A stretch of 41,290 nucleotides of DNA, taken from the NCBI RefSeq assembly GCF_004010195.1, contig NC_057720.1, positions 16,518,431 to 16,559,720 on the forward strand, in the 5' to 3' direction. Both the position numbers and the translations under genes were made by a program. Numbering within the stretch: position 1 is the first letter of the stretch; each line of letters opens with the position of its first letter. Below, piece after piece: positions 11,466-23,238 of this stretch. The notes beneath the pieces were generated by a model. It worked only from the letters and a program-made list of their open reading frames with translations. It did not search any database and had not been told where the DNA came from. This DNA is from Chiloscyllium plagiosum. Its lineage: Eukaryota.

Positions 11466-11494
11466 GTAAAGATTGTCTGCTACACTAAATCGGA

Positions 11495-11574
11495 GTTAAA
11501 AATCACAACACCAGGTTATAGTGCAACAGGGTTACTTGGAAGTACTAGCTTTCAGAGTGCTGCTCCTTCATCAG
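11495..11574 (-). mobile_element. Short PLE family B piece with hammerhead core
   Basis: Matches ~1432-1510. Minus strand CTGATGA-A-GGAG-CAGCA-CTCT-GAAA-GCTA. The copy begins exactly at the core C. Confidence 0.85.
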
Positions 11575-12172
11575 TAACTTGATAGCGATGGAATAACTTC
11601 AATAGATGAGGAATGTTAAAAATGGATTTAGATTAGCTCCAAATTTTTCCAAGCAGCTTTGCTGGCTCAGCAGCAAAATTCAGCAGGCAAAATCCTCACT
11701 AGGCAGAGCCAAGAAGCCAAATAAGGAGGACCATAGCTTGGTAAATGTTTTGTTGAAGGCCCGACTCTCCATTAATATTCAGCTATATTACCAAACAAGC
11801 TAGACCCAAGAAAATTCGACTTTGAACCTAGAGCAGGTACCCAGCAAATTCAGCTCACCGCTTTGGACCAAAGGGTCTGTTTCCATGCTGTACATCCCTT
11901 TGACTCTATGACCAGGCAAAGCACACTTCATGGGCATGAGCCACCTGCACCTTCTAAGAACTTGGAGCAGCATTTGGCAAATCAGCCCCGCAAACCAGCT
12001 CAGCTGTTTAATATGATCATGGTTGGTCTCATTTCGGTGTCAACACCACTTTCCTGCTCGCTCTCCATAATAACTCAAATGTACTCAATTAACCCACTGC
12101 CCCAGTATCAATCGAACTCTGGGATACAGATTCATGACCAGTTAAAAGTAGTCATTTCTTACTTTTTGGCAT

Positions 12173-12486
12173 GGGGGTGGCACAGTGGTTCAGTGATTAG
12201 CACTGCTGCCTCACAGCGCCAGGGACCCAGGTTCGATCCCAGCTTCAGGAGACTGTGTGGAGTTTGCACATTCTCATCGTGTCTGCATGGGTTTCCTCCA
12301 GGCAGGCCAGTTTCCTCCCACAATCCAAAGACGGGCAGGTCAGGTGAATTGGCCATGCTAAATTGCCCATAGTGTTAGGTGCATTAGTCAGAGGGAAATG
12401 GGTCTGGGTAGGTTACTCTTCGGAGGGTTAGTGTGGACTTGTTGGGCCGAAGGGCCTGTTTCTACACGGTCAGGAATCTAATCTAA
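12173..12486 (+). mobile_element. tRNA-derived SINE (HE1/V-SINE type)
   Basis: Pol III A box (TGGTTCAGTGATTAG) and B box (GGTTCGATCCC), central V-type domain (GTGTGGAGTTTGCACATTCTC...CCAGTTTCCTCCCAC), CR1-like 3' tail ending ATCTAATCTAA. Confidence 0.92.
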
Positions 12487-12529
12487 CAGCTTTGAACCAG
12501 ACATTCTTTATAATAAAACTAAAACCTCA

Positions 12530-12810
12530 TTCTGGATGGCCTCATGGAAGGAAACATTTTCTCTTCATCTACTTCGTGAACCCCCTTTAGCATCATATAT
12601 ATCTCAATTATATCTCCTCTCTCATTCTTCTCAACTCCAGAGGGTATAGGCCTGAAGTCCCAATCTCTCAAGACAAAGCCCTCAGCTCTGGAATCAATCT
12701 AGAGAATCTCCTCTGAACTTCTGTCAATGCTCCTGCATCCCTCCTCGGGTAAGGGACTAGAATTGTACACAGCACTCCAGGTGCAGTTTCACCAATGCCA
12801 GCAATACTTC
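12530..12810 (-). mobile_element. Old CR1 3' fragment
   Basis: Minus strand TTGGTGAAACTGCACCTGGAGTGCTGTGTACAATTCTAGTCC encodes an LVxxHLExCVQF-like motif. Confidence 0.75.
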
Positions 12811-12957
12811 TCCACATTGCTGTCGGAATAAAGTATCAATTATCCAGTACATGAGGTCATTTAGCCCATCAAGTTTGGACCACCCAAAATATACTACGAC
12901 CAACACTAACCCCACTTTCTTGCATGAGCTTCAGAACCTTGAATATTATGAGACTCC

Positions 12958-14876
12958 AAGTATGACGTTATTTGTATTACTGAGACTTGGTTGAGAGAAG
13001 GACATGATTGGGAACTAAATATTCCACAATACAGATGCTTTAAGGCAGGGTAGAGAGGGATGTAAAAGGGGTGGAGGAGTTGCACTACTGGTCAGAGAGG
13101 ATATCACAGCTGATCTGATGGAGGGCACTATGGAGGACTCTAGAAGTGAGGCAATACGGGTGGAGCGCAGAAATAGGAAGGGTGCAGTAACAATGTAGGA
13201 CTGTACTACAGGCCTTCCAACAGCTAGTGTGAGGCAGAGGTACAAATGTGTAAACGGATTATGGAAAAATGTAGGAGCAGAGATGTGGTGATTGGAGATT
13301 TTAATTTTCCTAAGATTAACTGGGATTCACTTCGTAATAAGAGTTCGATATGGAGCAGAATTTGTAAGGAGCTGCCAGGAGGGTTTTAGAGAGCAGAATG
13401 TAAATAGTCCAACTGGGGAAATGGTCATATTGGACATGGTGTTGGGGAATGAGTCCAGCCAGATGGATGACGTTTCAGTTGGGGATTACTTTGGGAATAG
13501 TGATCACAATGCTGTAAGTTTTAGAATTCTCATGGACAAAAGATGAGAGTGGTCCTAAAAGGAAGAGTACTATATATTGGGAAAAGGCCAACTATAGCAA
13601 AATTCAGCAGGAGTTGGGGAATGTGGATTAGGAATAGCAGTTTGAAGGTAAATCCACATTTAATATGTGGGAGGCTTTTAAAAAGAGGTTGATTAGAGTG
13701 CAGGACAGACATGTCCCTATGAAAGTGAGGGATAGAAAGGGCAAGATTAGGGAATCAAGGATGAAGGGTGAAATTGTGAGACCAGCTAAGAGGAAAAAGA
13801 TTAGATTACCTGATTAGATTAGATTACATTACAGTGTGGAAATAGGCCCTTCGGCCCAACAAGTCCACACCGACTCGCCAAAGCGCTACCCATCCATACC
13901 CCTACATTTACCCCTTACTTAACACTACGGGCAATTTAGCATGGCCAATTCACCTGACCTGCACATCTTTGGTCTGTGGGAAGAAATCGGAGCACCCGAG
14001 GAAACCCACGCAGACATGGGGAGAACGTGCAAACTCCACACAGTCGCCTGAGGCTGGATTTGAACCCGGGTCTCTGGTGCTGTGAGGCAACAGTGCTAAC
14101 CACTGTGCCACCGTGTCGCCCAAAAGGAAGCATACATAAGGTCTAGGTGACCAAAAACACATGAAGCTTTGGAAGAACATCAGGAAAGTAAGACCAATCT
14201 GAAACGAGGAATTAAGATGGATAAAACACATCATGAAGTATCTTTAGCAGATAGGATTAAGGAAAATCCCAAAGCCTTTCATTCTTATCAGCACCAAGAG
14301 GTTAATTAGAGAAAGGGTTGACCCACGCAAGGACAAATGAGGAAAGTTATGCATGGAGTCAGAGAAAATGGGAGAGATTCTTCATGAGTACTTTGCATCG
14401 GGATTCACCGAGGAGAGGGACATGACGGATGTTGAGGTTAGGGATAGATGTTTGATTACTCTCGGTCAAGTTGGCATGAGGAGGGAGGAAGTGTTGAATA
14501 TTCTAAAAGGCATTAAAGGTGGACAAGTCCCCAGGTCTGGATGGGATCTATCCCAGGTTACTAAGAGAAGTGAGAGAAGAAATAGTTGCAACCTTACAGG
14601 TACCTTTGCAGCATCCTTGAACACGGATGAGGTCCCAAAGGACTGGAGATTGCTAATGTTGTCCCCTTATTTAGGGGATAGCAGGGATAATCCAGGTAAT
14701 TAAAGACCGATGAGCCTGACGTCAGTGGTAGGGAAGTTGCTGGAGAAGGTACTGAGGGAAAGGGCCTATTTAAATTTGGAAGAAAATGGACTCATCAGTG
14801 ATAGACAAAATGTTTTTGTGCAGGGAAGGTCATGCATTGCCAACCTAATAAAATTCTTTGAGGAAGTGACAAAGTT
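12958..14876 (+). mobile_element. CR1 LINE ORF2, 5' part (continues at 19773-21510)
   Basis: EN motifs YDVICITETWL, GGGVALLV, GNSDHN, and RT start ending FFEEVTK. Resumes in register at 19773 after the nested CR1. Shared TSD AAAGTT. Confidence 0.9.
13800..14121 (-). mobile_element. tRNA-derived SINE (HE1 type) inserted in CR1
   Basis: Reverse-complement homolog of 12173-12486 with A/B boxes and a (TCTAA)n tail. Short AAAAG duplication at the flanks. Confidence 0.92.
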
Positions 14877-17800
14877 TTAAATATATATTAAAAAAAAAAC
14901 TTACCTTGGGAGTTTCAGGGTTCTTCATTTTTGTGGCTGCAGTTGGAGTGGTTGGAGAGACAGCCAGGATCAGTGGCCCGATGGGAAGGTAAAAACCTAC
15001 CTCGGGAATTTCAGGTATATATTTTGGCAGCAGCTGTGTCCCAAGACACTACATGCCCTCCTCCTCTAGCCAAAAACAAAAGGACTCGTGTGTTGCTAAG
15101 GTAAGGCATTTCAATTGATATTTCTTGCGTATTGTGATTGATTAAAAATTTACTATTAGTTGGTTAAATTGAATAAGATGACAGAAGTACTAGAAATTAT
15201 TTAACTCAAATTTGTATAAAATTAATTAAATAAGTAGAGATGGCTGGGCAAGTGACGTGCTGTAGCTGTACGATATGTGAGCTGGCTGATCCCATTGAAT
15301 GGCAGTACCATATCTGCAGCAAGTGTTGGTTGCTGGAAGAATTCCGCATCAGAATTGATGATCTGGAATCTGAGCTTCAAACACTGTGGCACATCCGGGA
15401 GGGGGAAAGTGTTACCTGGATACATTATTTCAAGAGGCAGGCACACCCGCTAGATTAAGTAACTCAAATGCAATTAGTGTTCAGGAACAACATGGTGTGA
15501 CTAAGTGAGGCAGGTAGGGGGATTCTGAGTTCAGGAGTGCAGGAGCCTCAGCCCTTGACCTTGCCCAACAGGTATGAGATTAGCAAATTGAGAGAAGATT
15601 TGCAGCTCAGGTTGAGGTTCTGGATGTAGGTTTCCTCGCTGAGCTGGAAGGGTCATTCAGATGTTTCGTCACCATACTGGGTAACATTTTCAGTGAGTCT
15701 CTGGATGGATTCTCGTCTCAGTTTGGCTTGCCCTCGAAGCGGTATCCTTCCTTATCCGTATGTTAGGATACCAGTGAGAGAGGATCATGTCGTTTTGTGG
15801 CTAGTTGACACAAAACGACATGATCCTCTCTCACTAGTGTCCTTACATACAGATAAGGAAGGACACCACTTTGACTGTGACAACACACCCATCCTAGGAC
15901 AAGCCAAGCTGTGACACGTACGAGAATTCAGAGAAGCAGAGCATTCCAAGATGAACTCTTATCCACAAACACATTTGACTTGGACCCCATTTACCACCCC
16001 TTGAGAAAGAGCAGGAAGTGACATCAGCATAGTAAATGACATCACCGACCCAAAGAAACACAAACATATAAACAGAAAGCAGGAATCATCAGCAGCGCTT
16101 CGTCTGGAGGCTTACTGAAGATGTCACCTAGTATGGCAACGAAACATCTGAAAATGAACCTTCCAGCTCAACGAGCAAACCTACAGGAGATTTTTGCTCC
16201 TTGTATGGAAGAGGAAAAGGGCTGTAGATAGGATAAGCCAGCTGACCACGGCACCAAGGTGCTGAAGACCATTCAAGAAAAGGGGGGGGGGAGCAAAAAG
16301 GCAAGTAATTGTTATAGGGGATTGTACAATTAGGGGGAATAGACAGTATCCTTTGTGAGCCATTTCGGGAATCCTGCATGGCGTGAGGGTGCAGGACATC
16401 ACAGGCTGGCTTGAAAGGGTGTTGGAGGGGGAGGATCCAGTTGTTGTGATCTGCATTGGTACAAACATCGCCAATGCGAGGAAGGAGGACCTGTTTGGGG
16501 AGTATCAAGCACTTGGAAGGAAATTGAAGAACAGGTCCTTGAGGGTCAATCTCTGGATTACTGCCCGAGCCACGTGCTAACTCCTGGCATAGGGATAAGA
16601 AAATTAGGGAAGTAAACACGTGGCTAAGAAATTGGTATGGGGAAGAGGGATTCCATTTCATGGGACACTGGCATCAGTTTTGGAACTGGGGCAATATCTA
16701 CCAATGGGACAGTCTCCACCTGAACCGATCTGGAACCAGCGTTCTGGCAAAAGGATAAATAGGGTGGCCAGGAGGAGGAGGAGGAGGAAAAGCAGTAGGG
16801 AGTATGGAGCCAAGTTGAAAGATAAACAGCAGGTTAGCATGTGTGCAGGTCTGAAGTTCAAGGTAGACTAGGGATGACGCAAAATGGAAGGATAACTTAG
16901 GACATACTACTAGAGGTGATGGAAATCATGAGGATAAGAAAATTAGCATTAAGGTGCTTTATCTGAATGCTCATAGTATTTGTAACAAAGTAGATGAATT
17001 AACAGCACAAATCATTGTGAATGATTATGATGTGGTAGGCATCACAGAGAATGGTTGCAGGGGATTCAGGACTGGTAGTTAAACATCCAAGGATTTACAA
17101 CTTATTGAAATGACAGGGAGGTGGGCAGAGGGGGTGGGGTTGCTTGTTAGTTAAGAATGAAATTAAATCTATGGCACTAAACTACTTCGGGTCAGAAAAT
17201 GTGGAGTCTGTGTGGGTGGATTTGAGGAACCACAATGCAAAAATAAAAAGAGGGAGTTACGTACAGAGCTCCCAGCAGTGGTCAGAACCAGGAAATAGAT
17301 AGGGCATGTCTGAAAGGCAAGGTCACGGTGATCATAGGGGACTTCAACATGCAAATGGGTAAATAATGTTGCCAGTGGATCCAAAGAGAGGGACTTCATG
17401 GAATGCTTACAGGACGGCTTTTTGGAACAGCTTGTGATGGGCCCTACAAGGGAGCAGGCTATTTCTGGGCTTAGTGCTATATAATGAGGCAGACTTTAGA
17501 AAAGATCTGAAAGTAAGGGAACACTCAGAAGGCAGCGATCATAATATGGTAGAGTTTAGTCTGCAATTTGAAAGAGAAGGCAAAATCAGATGTAATGGTG
17601 TTACAGTTAAATAAAGGTAATTACAGGGGCATGAGAGAGGAACTGACGAAAATCAACTGGAAGCAGAGCCTAGTGGGAAGACAGTCGAGCAAGAATGGCA
17701 GGAGTGTCTGGGTGTAAATGAGGAGAGTACAGAGGTTCATTCCAAAGAAAAAGATTATCCAAGGGGGAATTAGACAGCCATGGCTGACAAAGGAATTCAG

Positions 17801-19772
17801 GAAATGTATCACAGAAAAAGAGAGCCTATAAAATGGCCAAGAGCACTTTATAGGTTCAAATCAGAAAGATTGGGAAATCAGAAGATTGGGAAGGCTACAA
17901 AAACAAACAGAGGATAACAAAGAGAGAAATAAGGAAGGAGAGGATCAAATATGAAGGTAAGCTAGCCAGTAATATTAGAAAGGAGACTAAAAGTTTCTTA
18001 CAATATACAAGAAACAAACGAGAGGCAAAAGTAGGCATTAGGCCACTCCAAATTAATGCAGAAAGGCTAGTGGTGGGAGATAAAGAAATAGCTGAAGAAT
18101 TTAATAAATACTGTATGTCAGTCTTCACAGCGGAAGACGTGAGTAATCTCCCAACAATTAAAGGAAAGTCAAGGGGCAGAGTGGCGTATGGTAGCCGTTA
18201 CAAAAGAGAAAGTGCTAGAAAAGCTAAAACATCTAAAAATGGGCTACATCCTCGAGTTCTGAGAGAGGTGGCTGAAGAAATCGCAGAGGCGTTGGTTGTA
18301 ATCTTTCAAAAGTCACTGGAGTCAGGGAAAGTCCCAGATGATTGGAAAATTGCTGTTTTAACCCCCTTGGTCAAAAAAGGATCAAGACAAAAGTTGGAAA
18401 ATTATAGGCCAATTAACCTAACCTTGGTTATAGGTAAAATTCTAGAATCCATCATTACGGATGAGATTTCTAAATTCTTGGAAGTGCAAGGTTGGATTAG
18501 AACAAGTCAGAATGGATTTACTAAGGGAAGTAGTGCATGTTTGAAGAGGTAATAAGTAGGTTAGATCAGGGAAACCCAGTAGATGTTATCTATGTATACT
18601 TCCAAAAGGCCTTTGAGGAGGTGCCTCACGGGAGGCTGCTGAGTAAAGTGAGGGCCCATGGTGTTCGAGGTGAGCTACTGGCATGGATTGAGGATTGGCT
18701 GTCTGACAGAAGGCAGACAGTTGCGATAAAAGGTTCTTTTTCGGAATGGCAGTTAGTGGCAAGTGGCGTCCCGTAGGGTTCAGTGTTGGGGCCGCAGCTG
18801 ATATATATTATATATATATATTATATACATTAATGATCTGGATGAAGGGACTAGGGGCATTCTGGCGAAGTTTGCCGATGATACTAAGTTAAGTGGACAG
18901 ACAGGTAGTTCTGAAGCTGCAGAAAGATTTAGACAGTTTAGGAGAGTGATCCATGAAATGGCTGATGAAATTCAACGTGAGCAAATGCGAGGTCTTGCAC
19001 TTTGGAAAAAAGAATACAGGCATGGACTATTTTTTTAACGGTGAGAAAATTCCTAAAGCCAAAGTACACAGGGGTCTGGGAGTGCTAGTCCAGGATTGTC
19101 TAAATGTTAACTTGCAGGTTGAGTCTGTGGTTAAAAAAGCAAATGTAACGTTGTCATTTATCTCAAGAGGGTTGGAATATAAAAGCAGTGATGTGCTACT
19201 GAGACTCTATAAAGCTCTGGTTAGGCCACATTTAAAGTACTGTGTCCAGTTTTGGGCCCCAAACCACAGGAAGGACTTACTGGCACTGGAGCACGTCCAG
19301 CGGAGATACACACGATGATCCCTGGAATGGTAGGCCTAACATATGATGAACGGCTGAGGATCCTGGGACTGTATTCATTAAGAGTTTAGAAGATTGAGGG
19401 GAGATCTAATAGAAACTTACAAGATAATACATGGCTTAGAAAGAGTGGATGCTGAGAATTTGTTTCTGTTAGGTGGGGATACTAGGATCCATGGGCACAG
19501 CCTGAGAATTAGAGGGGGTCAATTTAGAACAGAAATGAGGAGATATTTCTTCAGCCAGAGAGTGGTGGGCCTATGAAATTCATTGCCACGAAGCACAATG
19601 GAGGTCGGGACGTTAAATGTCTTCAAGGCAGAGATTGATAAATTCTTAATCTCGCAAGTAATTAAGGGATACGGGGAGAGTGCAGATAAGTGGCGTTGAA
19701 ATGCTCATCAGTCATGATAGAATGATGAAGTGAGCCAAATGGTCTTACTTAAACTCTTATGTCTTATGATCT
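14877..19772 (+). mobile_element. Full-length decayed CR1 LINE (5'UTR, ORF1 zinc finger/coiled coil plus SGNH esterase, ORF2 EN+RT, tail) nested in another CR1
   Basis: ORF1 starts at 15240 (MAGQVTCCSC...CSKC...LESELQ), with esterase motifs VIVIGD, VVICIGTN and DSLHLN. ORF2 RT: NYRPINLT, SGVP, KFADDTK, LVRPHLKYCVQFW. Tail CTTATGTCTTATGATCT. TSD AAAGTT at 14871-14876 / 19773-19778. Confidence 0.92.
15582..16186. mobile_element. Penelope-like element (family C), fold-back, inserted in CR1 ORF1
   Basis: GIY-YIG C-terminal peptide TKRHDPLSLVSLHTDKEGHHFDCDNTPILGQAK..REF on plus, mirrored on minus. Two decayed hammerheads (~15656-15695 minus, ~16112-16151 plus). TSD GAGATT (15576-15581 / 16187-16192). 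Confidence 0.88.
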
Positions 19773-19828
19773 AAAGTTGATTGATGAGGGAAGGGCTGTA
19801 GATGTCATATACATGGACTTCAGTAAAG

Positions 19829-20238
19829 TGTGTGATGGCTGGGACTGGATTAAGGTGGGGGCAGGGGCAGGGGCAATTCCCCTCCCCTCACCTTAGAGTC
19901 CCAAGCCTCCAAGTCAGCACCACCTGCTTGAATCTCCGACTTGTCCATTTTCCTTCCTTCTCATCCATCTGCTCCTCCCTCCCCACCGACCTAACACTTC
20001 CTCCCGCACCTTCATTTACCTATCACATTCCAAGCTAACTTCCCCGACCACCTCCTCCAGCCCCACCCCCCTTCCATTTATCTTTCAGGCCCCCTTGCTC
20101 ACAAGCCTCATTCCCAATGAAGGGCTTATGCCCAAAACGTTGATTCTCCTGCTCCTCGGATGCTGCCTGATCTGCTGTGCTTTTTCAGCACCACGCTCTC
20201 AACTCTGATTTCCAGCATCTGCAGTCCTCACTTTCTCA
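19829..20238 (+). mobile_element. PLE family A terminal-repeat insertion
   Basis: 13-bp TSD GACTTCAGTAAAG (19816-19828 / 20239-20251). Hammerhead core mutated (CCAATGA...AAAACGTT). Confidence 0.88.
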
Positions 20239-20756
20239 GACTTCAGTAAAGCGTTTGATAAGGTTCCCCATGGTAGGCTGATGGAGAAAGTGAAGTTGCA
20301 TGGGGTCCAGGGTTTACTAGCTAGATGGATAGAGAACTGGCTGGGCAGCAGAAAAGGAGTTGTGGAAGGGAGTTTCTTAAAATGGAGAACTGTAACCAGT
20401 GATGTTCCACAGGGACACTTGTTGGGACCACTGTTGTTTGTGATATACATGAATGATCTGGACGAAGGTATAGGTGGTCTGATTAGCAAGTTTACAGATG
20501 ACACTAAGATTGGTGGAGTCGCAGATAGTGAATGGGACAGAGAGAATCCAGCAGAATATAGATAGATTGGGCAGTTGTGTAGAGAAATGTTAGATGGAGT
20601 TCAATCTGGGCAAATGCAAGGTGATGCATTGTGGAAGATCCAATTCAAGAGCACACCATACAGTAAGTGGAAAAGCCCTGGGGAAAATTGATGTACAGAG
20701 AGATCTGGTTGTTCAGGTCCATTGTAACCTGAAGGTGGCAGTGCAGGTCAAGAGTC

Positions 20757-20878
20757 ATGATTTGGAGATGCCGTGTTGTACTGGGGTATACAAAGTTAAA
20801 AATCACACAACACCAAGTTATAGTCCAACAGGTTTAAATTGGAAGCACTGGCTTTTGGAGCACCGCTCCTTTATCAGG
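20757..20878 (-). mobile_element. Short PLE family B insertion
   Basis: Homologous to ~2441-2536 and ~1432-1512. Decayed core CTGATAA-A-GGAGC-GGT-GCTCC-AAAA. Confidence 0.85.
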
Positions 20879-21780
20879 CTCCTTCAACAAGACAACAGAG
20901 CATGCTTTCCTTCATTGGACGGGGTATTGAGTACAAGAGTTGGCGGGTATATTACAGTTGTATCAGAACTTGGTTCAGCCACTTTGAGGACTACGTACAG
21001 TTCTGGTCACCACATTGCCAAAAGGATGCGGATGCTTCAGTGAGGGTGCAGAGGAGGTTCACCAGGATATTGCCTGGAGGGTGCTAGACTATGAAAAGAG
21101 GTTGAGAAGATTAGGATTTTTTTCATTAGAAAGAGAGGTTGAGAGGGGACCTGATTGAGGTTTACAAAATCATGAGATGTATTGACAGAGGAGATAGCAA
21201 GAAATATTCCCCCCCACCCCAAGAGTGGGGGTCATGAGTTCAAGGTGAGAGCATACAAGTTTAAGGGAAATATGGAAATATCTTAACGCAGAGGAAGGGG
21301 GTGCCTGGAAGATGTTGCCAGCAGCGGTGGTAGAGGAGGGCATGATAGCATAATTTAAGATGTATCCAGACAGATATGTGAATGGGCAGAGAGCAGAGGG
21401 ACACAGAGCCTTAGAAAATAGGCAAAAGATTTAAATAGAGGATCTGGATTGGTGCAGGCTTGGAGAGTCAAAAGGGCCTTTTCCAGTACTGTAATCTTCA
21501 TTGTTCTACTCATCCGAAGACGGAGGTTTCCTGCCTCAACTTTCCTCCCAGGCAGTATATTTCAGGCTCCCACCATTCTCAGGTGAAAAGAATTTTCCTC
21601 AACTCCCCCCTAAACCTCCTGCATTGTTGCCCTTCAACGAATGGAAACAGCTACTTTCTATTCCCTCTGCCCAAGCCCCTCATCATCATATATACCTTTT
21701 CTGGTCCAAAGAAAACATCCAAGCTTATCCAGCCTTTCTTTTGAACTGAAATGCTCTATCCCAAAGGCAAATATCCTTTG

Positions 21781-22233
21781 CTGAAAATGTGTTGCTGGAA
21801 AAGCGCAGAAGGTCAGGCAGCATCCAGGGAACAGGAGAATTGACGTTTCGGGCATAAGCCCTTCTTCAGGAATGAGGAAAGTTTGTCCAGCAGGCTAAGA
21901 TAAAAGGTAGGGAGGAGGGACTTGGGGGAGGGGCGTCGGAAATCTCTTCCTCCAACCGTCGTGTTGTTGTGGTCTGGCGATGGAGGAGTCCAAAGGCCTG
22001 CATATCCTCGGTGGAGTGGGAGGGGGAGTTGAAGTGTTGAGCCACAGGGTGGTTGGGTTGGTTGGTCCGGGTGTCCCAGAGGTGTTCTCTAAACTTTCCT
22101 CATTCCTGAAGAACCCTCACCTTGACCTCTTTCCACCTATCACATTTCCGACACCCCTCCCCCAAGTCCCTCCTCCCTACCTTTTATCTTAGCCTGCTGG
22201 ACAAACTTTCCTCATTCCTGAAGAATTTCTCCA
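21781..22233. mobile_element. Rearranged fold-back PLE family A insertion with GIY-YIG remnant
   Basis: 13-bp TSD CAAATATCCTTTG (21768-21780 / 22234-22246). Minus peptide REHLWDTRTNQPNHPVAQHFNSPSHSTEDMQAFGLLHRQTTTTRRLEEE (~21944-22090). Hammerhead core at 21842-21869 minus. Inverted arm at ~22144-22225. Confidence 0.9.
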
Positions 22234-22304
22234 CAAATATCCTTTGTACAATCAAGTACAATCACAGATATTATAATGTGGTGACCAGAACAGTAATACA
22301 GTAA

Positions 22305-22409
22305 CCAAAAGAGAAAATGCTGGAAAATCTCAGCAGGTCTGGCAGCATCTATAAAGGAGAGAAAAGAGCTGATGTTTCGAGTCGAACTGACCCTTTGTCA
22401 AAACTGTCA
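22305..22409 (-). mobile_element. Short PLE-derived insert (variant core TTGACAA)
   Basis: 10-bp TSD AATACAGTAA (22295-22304 / 22410-22419). Minus strand TTGACAA-A-GGGTC..GACTC-GAAA-CATC. Confidence 0.8.
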
Positions 22410-23238
22410 AATACAGTAATCCAGCTGAGCCCTAACCAAACTTTTGTATAGAGCCAACATGACCTTCCTGTTCTTAGAATCTATGCTATGACTGATAAAA
22501 ATGCACATGTCTTGTAAGCCTGAACTACCCTATTAACCTGTCCTGTTAACTGAATCGGTGGACAAGCACCCCAAGATCTCCCTGTCACTTTGAGCTTCTA
22601 AGTGCCTTGCCATTTGTTGAGTATCCTCTTGCTACTACTTGTCCACCCCAGTCCAACGTCTCCTGCACATCATATCTTCCAAAGTACACCACCTCACATT
22701 CATCAAGGTTAAGTTCCACCTACCAGTGATCTGCCCATCTGACTAAGCCATTTATAACTTCTAGCAACCTAACACCTGCATTGGCCAGCTGGTTGACAAT
22801 CTTTGTATAACCTGCAAACTGACTCATCATCCCTCTCACATTCTCATCTACATCATTTACGAGCATCACAAACAATGAGGGACCCAACATTGACCCATGG
22901 TATGACACTGCTCAATGTGCTCCAATATCACAAACAGCCTTCTACTACCACCCTCTGTCTTCTATCACTAAGTTAATTTTGGATCCAGCTTGCACCTTCT
23001 TGGTCAGCTTCCCACATGGAATCTTGTCAAATACCCAACTGAAATCCATATAACCTACACCAACTGCCCCACCCTCATTCAAACACATGGTCACCTCCTT
23101 GAAAAATTCTACCAGATTGGTTAGTCACAACTTCCTTCTGACAAAGTCATGCTGACTCTGATCAAACCTTGCCTCTTTAAATGGAGATTAAATTTCTCCT
23201 TCACAATTGTCTTCAATAATTTCCCTATCACTGAGATT

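Larger units (their letters stand above)
19773..21510 (+). mobile_element. CR1 LINE ORF2, 3' part (continuation of 12958-14876)
   Basis: DVIYMDFSKAFDKVPH (split by a PLE), VTSDVPQG, SKFTDDTK, VQFWSPH and a CR1-type tail. Confidence 0.9.

Noticed and set aside
12173..12245. tRNA gene (also the heads of the SINEs ending at 14121 and 37757)
   Set aside because: A and B boxes are present, but they are fused to a SINE body and a LINE-like tail. These are SINE heads, not tRNA genes.
18801..18826. TA-rich run inside CR1 RT
   Set aside because: It is a slippage expansion within a dead LINE.
20113..20142. Active hammerheads at ~20113, ~10184-10211, ~1480-1514, ~15656-15695, ~16112-16151, ~20848-20878, ~23245-23275 and ~41105-41132
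   Set aside because: Each has substitutions in CUGANGA, GAAA, stem II or the stem III palindrome/cleavage triplet, so they are treated as inactive relics.
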